A stretch of DNA of 64,000 bases, taken from the NCBI GenBank assembly GCA_963733675.1, contig CAVTET010000004.1:288001-352000 (forward strand). Direction: 5' to 3'. Positions 20,199 to 32,313 of the stretch are shown here, piece after piece (position 1 is the first letter of the stretch; every line of letters begins with the position of its first letter). This DNA is from an uncultured Methanosarcinaceae archaeon (lineage in GTDB: Archaea > Halobacteriota > Methanosarcinia > Methanosarcinales > Methanosarcinaceae). Position numbers and translations under genes: made by a program. The notes under the pieces are model-generated. The model did not search any database. It worked only from the letters and a program-made list of their open reading frames with translations, and had not been told where the DNA came from.

Positions 20199-20828
20199 AT
20201 GCCCGATGAAAATGTAGAAAAGTTATTTTTACAGGAAAAACCCACTCTTACGCTGTTATTTATAGGCTCGATGGAAAAGACATATGCTTCGGTTATTTCA
20301 AAAGAGATAGATTCCACGTTTGCCCATACAACGAGAATCTTAGCAAAAATGGAACAGTCCGGCCTCATAAAATTCACATTCGATGGACGAATAAAATTTG
20401 TTGAACTTACTAAATATGGGAAGGGAGTTGAAACTGCCCTTAAAGATTTCAGGAATGTACTCTCAGAGGAGATCATTGTAGAAAATGTACAGAAAGAAGA
20501 GTTTGAAAAAGAAGACTTAGATAAAAGCAAAAGAGAAAATATTGAAGAAGATAAAGAAAAACTTGAACATGTCGAAGAACTTAACCCTATAAATGCTGCA
20601 ATCCTTGAGAAAATAAAGAATCTCAAGAGTAAGATCGAAAGCATCCACAGGGGTGTATTAGAACAGAGGGATAGCAAAGATGCAGTATCCCGAAAACTCG
20701 GCCCTTATAGCCGGGATATTAAAAAGCTCCATAACCAAATTACAAAGGCTGAAAGTCCTATTAATGAAACTGTTACATTAGCCCTGAAAGAAAGTGAAAG
20801 ACTTCTTGAATCTTACCTGAAGAGTTAA
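20199..20828 (+). CDS. Winged-helix (MarR-like) DNA-binding protein with acidic linker
   Basis: YASVISKEIDSTFAHTTRILAKME...GRIKFVELT wHTH pattern. Confidence 0.75.
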   Translation: MPDENVEKLFLQEKPTLTLLFIGSMEKTYASVISKEIDSTFAHTTRILAKMEQSGLIKFTFDGRIKFVELTKYGKGVETALKDFRNVLSEEIIVENVQKEEFEKEDLDKSKRENIEEDKEKLEHVEELNPINAAILEKIKNLKSKIESIHRGVLEQRDSKDAVSRKLGPYSRDIKKLHNQITKAESPINETVTLALKESERLLESYLKS

Positions 20829-20989
20829 AATTGGACTTGTCTAATTCCATAAAAAAAGACTTTTAAATATCTTTGGAATTGCCATGAGTTATCCGTAATT
20901 GTACTAGCTATCTCTGCGATTTATTTAAAATCCAGAAAAAGAATTAAGAAATCTTCAAAAAATATATATAAGTAACCGGCAGGGAAAAA

Positions 20990-21709
20990 ATGATCAAAGT
21001 TGTAACACTCCAGCATGTTTATGGAAAAAGCCGGGAACGGATGACTGGCCTTCTGAAAACCCTGATTGAGAATGATTTGAAAAATCTTGAAGTAAAGGTT
21101 AATATCTCAACTACTTTGGAAAAATGGGTTGAATTGTTTCTTGAAGGCGAGGATGAAGAAGTATCTGCCAACTTACTAATTTCCAGGTATGGGACACCTA
21201 CGGTAAAAGCTGAACGTGGAAAGAAATATACGGGATTTCTTCAAGCTTTTTTAGAAGATGCTTTTCTAGTTAATATCGGCATACATGTCAGGGTTGAAAC
21301 CGAAGAATTAAAAGCACTGGGAAGCGGAAAACCAAAACAACTTGCATCCAGATTCGGCCTGATACCTAATCTTCCGGTTGAAATCGAAGTTTTTGAGATC
21401 AAAAAAGAAATTAAAACCCGTTTTACCAAAAAACAGCTTGATTTGTGGTGGAAATGGAAGAAAGCAAGTACTGATAGGGTTACAGTTAATGGAGCAACTC
21501 GTTCGGAAATTAAATACTCAATAAAAAAGACCGGTCATAGTAGAGATATTTATGGAATAGAGCGCCTAGGACTATTGGAACATGCAATAGTATGCCGGGA
21601 AAACACAGATGGCCCCGGCATAGTGGCATCAATAGGGCCCTTCCTGCACTCAGAGATTGGAGTTGTAATCGGGGACGCACACCTAAGAATGTGCCGAAAA
21701 ATAGGTTAA
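20990..21709 (+). CDS. DUF2110 family conserved archaeal protein
   Basis: GHSRDIYGIERLGLLEH...TDGPGIVASIGP motif. Confidence 0.8.
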   Translation: MIKVVTLQHVYGKSRERMTGLLKTLIENDLKNLEVKVNISTTLEKWVELFLEGEDEEVSANLLISRYGTPTVKAERGKKYTGFLQAFLEDAFLVNIGIHVRVETEELKALGSGKPKQLASRFGLIPNLPVEIEVFEIKKEIKTRFTKKQLDLWWKWKKASTDRVTVNGATRSEIKYSIKKTGHSRDIYGIERLGLLEHAIVCRENTDGPGIVASIGPFLHSEIGVVIGDAHLRMCRKIG

Positions 21710-21736
21710 GGCTCGATATATATTTTTTAGGTAGAA

Positions 21737-22165
21737 CCGACTTTTTGCAGATATCTCCTCAAAAATAGTATTTTTCATAATTTTCCCTATTAACTTTAGT
21801 ATTTTTTTTAATTACATTTATACTTATAATTTGAATTACCACTTGTGAGTCCACTTCATTTTTTTTACTTCTGTAATCTATCTCATCAGAATGGAAACTC
21901 ATTTCAATGTTGATTTTTGAGTTTGTTTCTTAATTTGATATGATATTGTTTCCGCTGATTCTTTTAGTCTTTTTCTTAGTTTCCATTCTACCACAGAATA
22001 AACTATCAAAATTAGGACCATGATCATTAGTAGTGCTTCAATTCTTTTAGGTTTTTTTTAAATAAACTTCAGATACCTTGAAACTTTTGTCTTTTATGAA
22101 AGTACGCCCTTTTTTCGCTTTACTTTGTTTTTTGTCGTGCTCCAGTATTTTATTAAGCATCAAGA
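21737..22165 (-). pseudogene. IS1634-family transposase 3' remnant with end sequence
   Basis: Minus strand FIKDKSFKVSEVYLKKPKRIEALLMIMVL...VEWKLRKRLKE; end CCGACTTTTTGCAG at 21737. Confidence 0.75.
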
Positions 22166-22168
22166 TTA

Positions 22169-22280
22169 GGTCGTGCCCACGAGTCATTGATCAAATCTAG
22201 AAGACAAGTATACCTTCATTTAGGGGAAAATGTAGAGAGATTCTTTGTTTACGATTTTCAACAAATCTTTGACACGACCC
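22169..22280. mobile_element. Possible ~110-bp MITE truncating the IS1634 remnant
   Basis: Ends GGTCGTGCC and GACACGACC are near-inverted repeats; single copy seen. Confidence 0.4.
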
Positions 22281-22909
22281 AATTTTCTCCTACAAATTCA
22301 ATGTTTCAGTCCAAAAATCCAAAAATAACTAGATTTTGTACCAGATTCAAATGAATGCAATCAATCAAAAACCCAGTAAATACTAAAAACATAATTGATA
22401 TAAAATTATTTTTTGATTTGAAAATATTTAATGAGGAAGTAATTTTTATTCAGAAATTATTTTTTTTATAATTAATTTAAAATAACGAGGAAATAATTTA
22501 CTTTTATATAATAATTTACTTTTATAGCTTAATACAAACAGATAAAAAGTTAGAGAGTGAGGAATTACCTGTAGAGTGTGTGAGTATGTAGATTATACAT
22601 AGAGAATTTTGATAAACTTCCGATTTTAACAAATTGCTTCCCCTCTCTTTTTCTTTCATAGAGTGTTATTTTAATTAAACTTGATCCTGTAATTGGGATA
22701 GAAATCATGCATTTGAACCGAAAGACGGTAGTATTTAATGTTTGTCATACTTGATTTTATACCTCGGGTGGGTAAGTTTTATGGGGTAAAGTGATACCTT
22801 AAGGTCAATTTGTACATGAATTTCAGAAAATTTATGATCTAAATTTTAAGTTAACGTTGCTCATTATCCAATTGGAGAAATTGCTTGAATTTTAAGACAG
22901 CTTCTAATT

Positions 22910-23449
22910 ATGCCATCAAATCCAGTACAGGGGGCAGGCTATAGATTTGTAGGACCTAAAGTTATTATCTTGACCATTATTTTTTACCTCATTCCGCTCT
23001 CCGCAATAATCGTTTACAGTCTCTATCGTCCTTTTCTCTCACTTCTAGATCCATTAATGCATGATCAAAATCCATTAATGTATGAAGAACAACTGTTCAT
23101 CCTTGTTGCATCAGCTGGTGCTCTTGGGAGTTTAGTTCGTGCTCTTCGATTTTTCTATTGGTATGTAGGTAATCGTGAACTGGTCTAGAGCGGGCTTCCT
23201 ATATATTTTCTTTTACCAGTTGCTGGGGCAATGCTCAGGCTTATTTTTTATATTGTAATCCTCGGCGGGCTCTGTGGTCCGGATCAGACTCCAAGCACTT
23301 TTGGCCTTGTAGCTATTTCGGCCCTAGTAGGCCTGTTCTCAGTAGAGTCTTCGCTTAAACTTCGGGATATAGCTGAAACAGTGTTTAAAAAGGCAGGTGA
23401 AGGGCGGGAGTCAAAACCACAAGTTAGTGAGGAGTATAAATATGAATAA
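22910..23449 (+). pseudogene. Multi-TM membrane protein interrupted by one in-frame TAG
   Basis: AGALGSLVRALR..YVGNRELV*SGLPIYFLLP..GAMLRLIFY..GLFS..KLRDIAETVF; ORFs 22910 and 23231 are the same frame. Confidence 0.75.
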
Positions 23450-23487
23450 AATTGAGAAGGAAATTCAACCAGGTGGAGATGTTAATA

Positions 23488-24358
23488 ATGGCAAATGAGC
23501 AGGAAGAGATAGATTGGGACCTCCTTCTTGGGAGAATCAAGGATAAAAATTGTACTCCTTTTCTTGGAGCCGGGGTTTGTGCTGGAAATATTCCTTTTGG
23601 TTCCCAGATTGCAAGTGAATGGGCAAAAAAGTACGACTACCCAGTGGAAGACTGTTATGACTTGATACGAGTGGCTCAGTTTGTGGCTGTGAACAAAGAC
23701 GCTATGGTTCCAAAGGAAGTGATGTGTAAAAAAATCAATGAACTATTAAAAGAAGTCACACAAAGTTACTTTGAAATTCCTGATGAACCTCACCGAGTGC
23801 TAGCCGATCTCCAACTGCTAATTTATATTACTACAAATTACGATGACTTAATGGTGCGAGCTCTTAAAAGCCGTGGCAAAGAACCAATCAAGGAATATTG
23901 TCGGTGGAATAAAAGCATCCAGAAACACGAACAAACGTCATCAGACTTCGATCCTACTCCAGAAAACCCTTTAGTATTTCACCTCCATGGCATCTAGGAA
24001 GTACCAAAGTAGCTGGTTCTAACAGAGGACGACTTCTGGACTTCTTTGTTGCCATTTCGAGGGATCTAAACCTGCTTCCGCTGCGTATTCAGGAGGCATT
24101 TACAGACACATCTCTTCTTTTTCTAGGCTACAGGATAGCTGATTGGGATTTCCGTGTTTTTTCCGGATTCTTGCTGAATACTTGGAAATAAGTAGTAAAA
24201 AACAACACTATTCCGTGCAACTCGTGCCAGGGAATGTTTCAGAGGCCCAAAAAGAAAAAGCTCAGGAATATCAGGATCACTATTTTGCGGAGCTTGATAT
24301 CAAAGTATACTGGCACGATCGCCGCGAATTTGCCGCAGAATTGAGAATACGATTGTAG
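23488..24358 (+). pseudogene. SIR2-like (SIR2_2) domain protein, disrupted
   Basis: CTPFLGAGV, YITTNYDDL, VFHLHG, LVLTEDD, SLLFLGY..DWDFR; TAGs at 23995 and 24010 plus a frameshift. Confidence 0.85.
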
Positions 24359-24368
24359 GCTTTAAATC

Positions 24369-26535
24369 GTGGGACCTGAATTCCAGGCTTATGGGGGCCC
24401 TCGACCTTTTGAAGAGATAGAGAATGCCATTTTTTTTTTGGAAGAGATCGTGAAGCTCGAGGTCTCGGGTCCCTAGTCATTGCACATCGTTTGGTTCTAA
24501 TCTATGCCCAGTCGGGTGCAGACAAGACTTCACTTATCAAAGCAGGGCTTACTCCTCGCCTGAAGGAAAAACGGTTTGAAGTTCTCCCGGTGGCGCGAGT
24601 TAAAGATATAAAAATTGGCGTGATTTCGAACATATATGTCTTTAATACTCTCACATGCTGGGCTAAAGGTGATTATGATGTTGAGCGCCTGGCTAAAATG
24701 AAACTTGTTGATTTTTTGAATTCACGAGAGCATATGCCGGATGAAGTTGGTATGCCTTTACACAGTGCCGTTATCTTCGATCAGTTTGAAGAAATATTCT
24801 CTTTGTATCAAGAACGCTGGAAAGCAAGAGAGGGATTCTTTGAGCAAGTAAACACTGCTCTGGAAGCCGATCCTCTTTTAAGGGTGGTTTTTGTTATACG
24901 GGGGGAATTCATAGCTCAGCTAGACCCTTATGCAGATCTTCTGCCCGAAAGATTGCGGGCGCATTTTCCCATTGAGCGCCTACGCCGTGAGGCTGCACTG
25001 CACGCAATCAGAGAGCTGGTGGAAAAAGCTGATCGCTATTTTGCAGAAGGCGTGGCAGATAAACTTGTAGACGATTACTGAAAGTTCGAGTTGGAGACAA
25101 CGCCAGGCAAGACCAAAGAGGTAATAGGAGAGCTCATAGAAGCTGTGCAGCTTCAGGTGGTATGCCAAAACCTCTGGCAAGAGTTACCACCCGATGAAAA
25201 GCAAATCACGTTTCAGCACCTAGAAACCTATGGCAAGTAGAAGAGGTACCTTCAAGATTTTACGAAGAGGCTATAAGGGCAGCTGCAGCGAAGGCATACA
25301 TTGATGAGGAGGGCCTGCGCAGATTGTGCGGTGGAGTGTTGATAACGACGATGGGAACGCGGGGGATGGTGTACCGGGATCTAGAGTCCATTGCTGGTAT
25401 TCCCAATGCAGCCATTGAAGTGCTTGAAAACATGCACCTTATTAGAAAAGAGGTGCGGGCAGGTGCGCACTGGTATGAACCGACACACGACAGATTTATC
25501 AAACCGATACTATCTTCTAACAAGGTTTTTAATGATGAACGGGCAGAGATAGAACGGGCTGTAAAAGCAAGTAGTATTATGAGATGGTATGGGCTAGATG
25601 CAGTAGACAGAGCATTTTCAAGGACAAGAAAAGCCCTTCTTGAGCCTTTTGATTTCTGGAAATGGGCAAAAATCGCAATCATCATTTTTCTAGTACCCAT
25701 TGGCTTTCTGTTATTAAACAAGATTCTCTTGAAGTACAGTAATTCGAGTGCTGTTTTGATCCTTCCATTCCTGTTCTTTCACTTCCTGATCTATGTTTCC
25801 AATGTTATGGAAATTGTTTTTGTAGAATCTCTGGTAAGGAACGAAGTAAAATTCTGGAATTACTCACGAAGGTTCCTAGGGAAGGCATTTTACCTCATGT
25901 TGAGGCGTTTAGCCCTGGGTATGGGGTACTCCCCTTCTTTTTAGCCGTCATGATTCTGGTGAGTCTGGTATATATCGTGCCCAATGTAAGAAATGTACCG
26001 GATAATATCTTCTCCCAAATTTCCTGGATGGCCTTCATGTTTATTGTGCTGATAGTTATTGTGCTGATCTGGCTTGCAATAAATTCTCTCTTTAAACCTT
26101 GCAATTCCACTTTTCATTTACCGGAAAACCGGGATTCTTTCGGCATTCCGTATGGTCTGTGGAAATTTCAGAAAAAGCTGGCAGGAAGTTTTAGTTTACT
26201 GGTTTGGCAGATCCGCGCTCTGGGTTAGAATATTTATTCCTAGTATTTTTCTACAAGTTGTGCTGTTTTTAGGGAACTCTTTCTTTGTTCTTCACAGGAT
26301 TCAGTATTCCCATTTATTGTAACTCCGTACTTTGATACTCCTGATCCCCCTTATCATTATAGGACTATTTTTGATCCTGGGAGCCCTGCTTTTTTATGTT
26401 ATCTGGGGCGTTTTCCTGGAGTACTACCTGTTGAGTTTCTTTGAAACCCGGTTTACAGATTCAGATATTCCCTTTTTTGATGTTTCTGTCCAGGAGTCTG
26501 ACAATGGTTTGAGCGAAGTTGAGGTTCATTTTTGA
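24369..26535 (+). pseudogene. STAND-class (nSTAND1-like) NTPase fused to a C-terminal multi-TM domain, multiply frameshifted
   Basis: YGGPRPFE..FFGRDRE, Walker A AQSGADKTSL (Asp where Gly is expected), Walker B VIFDQFEE, WYEPTHDRFI, then in-frame WYGLDAVDRAFSRTRKALLEPFDFWKWAK membrane region. Confidence 0.8.
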
Positions 26536-26547
26536 GTTAAACGTAAG

Positions 26548-26595
26548 AAAATTCAGGGCTTGAACCGGTGTTTTTAGTCGGTTTCCCTGAATTTT
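26548..26595. terminator. Long imperfect hairpin after the SIR2/STAND cluster
   Basis: AAAATTCAGGG...AACCG....CGGTT.CCCTGAATTTT. Confidence 0.55.
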
Positions 26596-27537
26596 CAGGG
26601 CATTCAGGCCAGCTTTGAAATAACTTACGTTCAGCAGGTCGATATTAAAAATTAGAATATTTTTCTTGAACAGTTTTTGAACATTCACTAACTATATGGT
26701 AGGTTTAAAACTAGTTAACGTGTGGCTCAATTCCCATGGTATATAAATATTTAATCCTTTTTTCATTAAAGTTTAGTACTAGAGACTAATATTCGACTAT
26801 ATGTAATCTTAAAAACTACGTATACTCATCAAGTATTATTTCAAAAACACGATCATCAAAAAGTACCAAACTTAAATGTCGACCTCTGAAAGTAAGATAT
26901 AATAAACGTTCATTTGTATTCAGTTAAGATGCGGATACCCTAAAGATTGTTATTTTTATGTGAATATCCACAAATTATGCCGTAAAATTGCTATGTATGG
27001 TATTCGAAGTTGTGCATAAAATTCGTTAATCGATAAAAAATAAAAATAATTTTGGATGGTGCCTCGGGAAAAAACTCAAGAAGAAAATTAGGACAATTAT
27101 ATCAAATACACCGAAATGAGCTCTTAAAAAATTAATTATATCTGACCTCTGCTTTCCTATAGCTAACTTAACATTATCATCAGTAAAAAACTGCTCATAA
27201 ACTCTCTTCTATATTCATCTTCCAAAGCTTTAAAAAACTTATAACCACATTTTCAATGCATCTTAACTAATTATAATAAAAGACAACAGTGATAATATTT
27301 AGAACATGTATTTTCATAGGCACATATAGCAGTAAAGTACCTATAATAATGATAATAGGAAAAAATGGAGTTGTTAATTTGTTGCAGTTTCGTACAAAAG
27401 TTCAACTTATTATCAAATAAGAAGTATAAAAATAAAACAAATATTTTGTTGACGTCATAAACCCTTAAAAATCACTGTTGTGAATATTTCTCAGTAGCAT
27501 TGCATTTTTTCTTAATACCTATTACCCTAATTTTCAG

Positions 27538-27620
27538 TGCGAGGGATGCAATTCGAACCAAGAGTTCATACGGAAGTAGATCCTCAACCTATCGCCTTTG
27601 ACCGATTGGGCAATATTGGC
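27538..27620 (-). pseudogene. Degenerate tRNA-Leu(GAG) gene
   Basis: Minus strand GCCAATATTGCCCAATCGGTCAAAGGCGATAGGTTGAGGATCTAC...GGTTCGAATTGCATCCCTCGCA; D-arm, GAG anticodon, long variable arm and T-loop recognisable; acceptor stem does not pair. Confidence 0.8.
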
Positions 27621-28337
27621 ATGCTTAAGGGCAGATTTAAGAAAAAAGGGCTTAGAAAGATTTAGATTCAGTCATTTTACAACTGTCTTATTAATTATTT
27701 AATTTCTTTCTACTTAATATACATAAACCTTTTTGAGTAAATCGAAACAGAAAATTATATTACATTTTAACGTAATTTAACCAATTTTATATTAGACATT
27801 ATATTATTATTTATTTCACTATGTTCCACTCATTTTTAATTAGACAGAGATATATATATAATTATATCAAATTAATCTAATAGATAGCTGGCAATATACA
27901 GATGTATAAACATGTGGAATTTGTTTACCTACTTGGCCATATCATTCATTGAAAGTTAGATTAATTATTAATCTGTTGTCATATAAAAAAATAAATGATA
28001 TTCTTGTGTACATCTACAGAAAGTGAGATACATGATAATTTTATAAAATTTGTCGCTTATTTTATGCAGAACAAAGAAAAAAGGGATAAAAGATGACTTA
28101 ATAGGTACTGACCAAAATATCTCAAACATCTTGTTGTAAGACAAAAAGAAGCTATTTTTATAAGCTAGGCTTATAAATTTGATATTGATCAGCATTAGCT
28201 GGCAATTGATTACTGTTAACCTTCAATTCACATGATTGCTAATATGTCATGGGTTATAAGTTTGGGAAATTATCGCGAGTTTTAAGGATAGCTCATTACC
28301 CATATTAATCACTCAAATTAAAAAAATTAGAGGAAGT

Positions 28338-29324
28338 ATGACTTTGAATCTGGAAAGACTTGCCGAAAGGCTAAAAAATTTTGAAGGAGTCTGCCGAAAA
28401 AAGCAGATTGAGGATATTGTTTCAATCTTTGAAGCCGTTCGTCCTGAATATAAGAACTCAGTTGTCGATTTCGGGGATGATGCAGCAGTTATAGATATAG
28501 GAGGGGATGATTTCATCCTCTTTGCAGCCGATGGAATATGGGGGAGGTTACTGGATGCCAGTCCCTGGTGGGCAGGCTATGGATCTGTGGTAGTGAACAT
28601 CAACGATATTACAGCAATGGGTGGAAAGCCGCTTGCTATGGTAGATGTGGCTGCTTCAAACTCTTCGAAAGCTTGCAGGGAGCTCATGGAAGGCCTAGCT
28701 GAAGGGGTTAGAAAATTCGGAGTTCCGATAGTAGGAGGACATGTACATCCTGATGCCCAGTATAATTCTATTTCAGTTGCTATTATAGGGATCGTCAAAA
28801 GGGATTGTGTAATTCGTAGCGATACAGCAAATCATGGAGATCTTGTGATTGCAGCCTATGATATGGATGGGAAAATAGGGCCTAACTCTCCCTACAGTTG
28901 GGATACGACATCTTTCAAAGCACCGGAAATAATCAGGAAAACCTACCTTGTAACCCAGGAAATAGGAACGAAAAAATTTGCCACTGCAGGTAAAGACATA
29001 AGCAACCCTGGACTTATAGGGACACTTGGAATGCTTTGTGAGACCAGCGGTGTTGGTGCCTCAGTAGATCTCAAAAAAATTCCAAGACCGCCAAATGTGG
29101 ACTTTGAACAATGGTTGAAAGTGCATCCTGGAACAGGTTACGTGTTTACAGCATCCCATGAGAACGCAAAAGAATGCATAAATGTCTTTAAAGAAGCTGG
29201 ACTTACAGCTGTAGTTATTGGAAAAATTGAAAAAGGCTCAAAACTCGATATATATGACAAAACAGATAGAGTAACTGTTTTTGACTTCTCAAAAGAAGGT
29301 ATTACAGGTATCTGTTCCGAATAA
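28338..29324 (+). CDS. Methanogenesis marker 2 protein (AIR synthase/PurM-like)
   Basis: FEGVCRKKQI, DFGDDAAVI, AADGIWG, IVGGHVHPD, AGKDISNPG. Confidence 0.9.
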   Translation: MTLNLERLAERLKNFEGVCRKKQIEDIVSIFEAVRPEYKNSVVDFGDDAAVIDIGGDDFILFAADGIWGRLLDASPWWAGYGSVVVNINDITAMGGKPLAMVDVAASNSSKACRELMEGLAEGVRKFGVPIVGGHVHPDAQYNSISVAIIGIVKRDCVIRSDTANHGDLVIAAYDMDGKIGPNSPYSWDTTSFKAPEIIRKTYLVTQEIGTKKFATAGKDISNPGLIGTLGMLCETSGVGASVDLKKIPRPPNVDFEQWLKVHPGTGYVFTASHENAKECINVFKEAGLTAVVIGKIEKGSKLDIYDKTDRVTVFDFSKEGITGICSE

Positions 29325-29436
29325 TCTGGATTTTTCTACCTGTTTTAAATTTCTGCTGAAGTAAGTGTTTTATTTTTGCTGCCATTTCAATTCGATATTT
29401 CTGGTCAATCTGACCACTGGTTCGGATTTAATAAGA

Positions 29437-29745
29437 TTACTGTTTTTCAATCCATGCCTTCATTTCTTCGTGAAGGAACTTTTCAGCGGCCTGAACCCTC
29501 TCAAGAGGGCCACGGAGAGCCAAAAGTTCCCTTTCTTCGCTGTTTGCGACCCCCATAAATATTTTTCTGGTTACAGGCTCAAGATCAAATTCTTCGACGA
29601 TATCGTAGATAATAGACACAATCGTGCCAGGGGGAATTATCAGATCGTACCACTCTTCGGCACCTAAATCACCGCATTCTTCATTTTTTTCTTCTTCAAA
29701 TTGCTTTGCTGTAATTAATTCATCAAGATTCAGTATTTTATGCAT
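29437..29745 (-). CDS. Conserved-looking hypothetical methanogen protein
   Basis: YDLIIPPG...ELLALRGPLERV; acidic globular composition. Confidence 0.7.
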   Translation of the reverse strand: MHKILNLDELITAKQFEEEKNEECGDLGAEEWYDLIIPPGTIVSIIYDIVEEFDLEPVTRKIFMGVANSEERELLALRGPLERVQAAEKFLHEEMKAWIEKQ

Positions 29746-30337
29746 CCTGGGCCACCGTCTTCCTGTTTTCTTAATCTTTAGCTCTCAGTATATCATGACA
29801 AGAAGCAAATATAAGCTAAATTAGATGTATTAGCCTTTTGTATGTTCTTTGTCCTAGAAATAAATCAGATAGATCCAAATAATAGACAAACATGTTAAGC
29901 AATTTATATGATCTCTTTTTTGTATTAACTTCTTAAAGATATGATTATATCTATAATCTGGATGTCTATTTGTAGAAGTTGGTAATTCATTTTATTACTG
30001 GGATTCTAGTCTTTAAGCCATACATCCTTATTATAATTATCAGTAGTTTCGATTTTATGCAGTTCTGAATGACTACTCTTATTCTTTGTCAATTTTTCCT
30101 CAAATGTTTCACAAGACAAAAACTATCAATTAATCTTAATTTCATTTTCTTGTAGTCGGCCTAAAAAATTCAATATTGTAAAATTCTGAAGTAGAAATTA
30201 TATATTATTTCCACTAAACTATTCTCATTAATCATAATAAATTAATTTCTTTTTTCTTTTTAGCTTACCTTTTTTCTGTCGTTAGGGTTCAAATTATTCT
30301 ACTCACTTTTGATGTTTTTTTCCACAATACTTTTTAG

Positions 30338-31191
30338 GGTTCCGTTGCAAAAAATCCTTTCTAATGATACAATAGAATAAAAAGAAAACCAAAGATAGTA
30401 ACATGCTATCTAATTCCTTTAAATGGAAGCATTATGAAGGGGAAATTATCTTATTGAATGTAAGATGGTACTTAAAATATGCATTAAGTTATAGAAATTT
30501 AAAGGAAATGATGGCAGAAAGGGGAGTAAAAGTCGACCATACAACAATCATGAGATGGGTACATCAATATTCCCCTGAAATCGAAAAGAAGATAAGAAGA
30601 CATTTAAGACTAACAAATTATTCGTGGAGAGTTGACGAAACCTATATCAAAGTAAAAGGTAAATGGAAATATTTTTACCGAGCAGTTGACTCAAATGGAG
30701 ATACAATTGATTTCATGTTAAGTTCAAAACGAGATAGAAAAGCAGCAAAGAGATTCTTTAAGAAAGCTTTAAGTTCTAATCATAATCAAATTCCAAGATT
30801 AATAACCGTTGATAAGAATCCAGCTTATCCACCTGCTATAGATAAACTAAAAATTGATAAAATACTACCTAAAAACGTAGGCATTCGACAAATCAAGTAT
30901 TTGAATAACATTATAGAACAAGATCACAGATCTATAAAGAGAATCGTTAATCCAATGTTAGGATTTCAGTCTTTTCGATCTGCTAATAAGACTTTAAAAG
31001 GAATTGAAGCTATAAATATGATCAAAAAGGACAAGTAATCGATTTAAATTACTCTGTTCTTAATGAAGTCAAATACATTAATCAATTATTTGGTATAGTT
31101 TTATAATGTTAGTACATTTTCCTTGAATGTTTTGATTTTTATTAATCACTTATAGATTTACATATTTTTTTGAAGTTTTTGCAACGGAACC
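30338..31191 (+). mobile_element. IS6-family insertion sequence, second copy (transposase 30403-31038, C-terminal frameshift)
   Basis: Same TIRs as the 8294 copy and near-identical body; one A missing near 31025 shortens the C-terminus; no TSD seen. Confidence 0.95.
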
Positions 31192-31975
31192 ACATTTCTA
31201 TATCCTACCTTTTCTGTATTCATAAGGTATTTGCTTGGCAAATTTGTCTATTAGATCCAATATTTTGTTTGTTGCAAATAAGATGCATTCTCTATACTGA
31301 TACGATATTGCTCCAAATATTGAAAGTTGATCCTCAGTCCTTAAACTTCAAACACGATATAAGTATTTCCTTTTTCTCTCTTTATACTTTTCAAGATTTT
31401 CCTTGATATTCTTTTGTTTACTAGTTGCACTTGCAAATCCCAGTTCGGCTTAGTCAATTTTTTGGATAACTTGCCTGCTAAAAACTCCTTATCCAAATAT
31501 AATTTAAACTTTTACTCCAATTGTTTTAATTTTTTTCAAAGAAGTCTTTCATGAGGTTCAAATGTTCTTTGATTATCCATTTATGTCAATGACATCAATT
31601 GTTAGCTTAAAGAAGTCAATTATATCCAAGGTTTAGAACGAATATTCCTGAAAATTTCATTCTTCAGATTTAACCTTTTTTATAAATATGGAGTTTCTAT
31701 GTCACCATAAATATGGAACATCATGAAAGTCAATAGCAATGTCTTGAAACTTAGTTTCAGGATCAATTACCTCAAAAGCATTTATAGTTTATTTTTTTGG
31801 ATGAAGAATATGCATTTTCGGTAGGATTAGATTTTATATTATTTAGAATAGTATTTAGCTAAAAAAATTCTTATTTTTGGCATTTTTTAACTTTAGATGT
31901 TGGTTGCAGATTTAAAAGAATTAAAATAACACTTTGCAGATGGAATAAAATATCATCAATTTTTCGGTCGCTATA
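31192..31975 (-). pseudogene. ISH3-family transposase remnant, truncated by IS6
   Basis: Minus strand IAIDFHDVPY, LFATNK and IPYEYRK; many stops. Confidence 0.7.
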
Positions 31976-32313
31976 ATTTGCTTCATCAAATAAAGTCACT
32001 ATATCAACGATGTTACAAAATTAAGGAGCCAAAGGCAGTAAATTGGCTGTGTATATACCAGAAGCGGGGTTCTTTTCTACTGTTTTAATCAACGACTTCA
32101 TTACCTTCAGCAATTTTTTGTTCTTATTCTGATTTGTAGAAATGATTTCGGAACTTCTGAAATTTGAAAATATTGAATTTGTCTGAAAGATTTTATAGTA
32201 TAAGATTTATCAAGCATAATGCTTTTCCCTGTTGTCTTGGTTAAATATTCTAAAATTAGATCCCTTAAATAGAATAGCAGATCTACTAAAAAAGAAAATT
32301 CAAATAGATTGCA

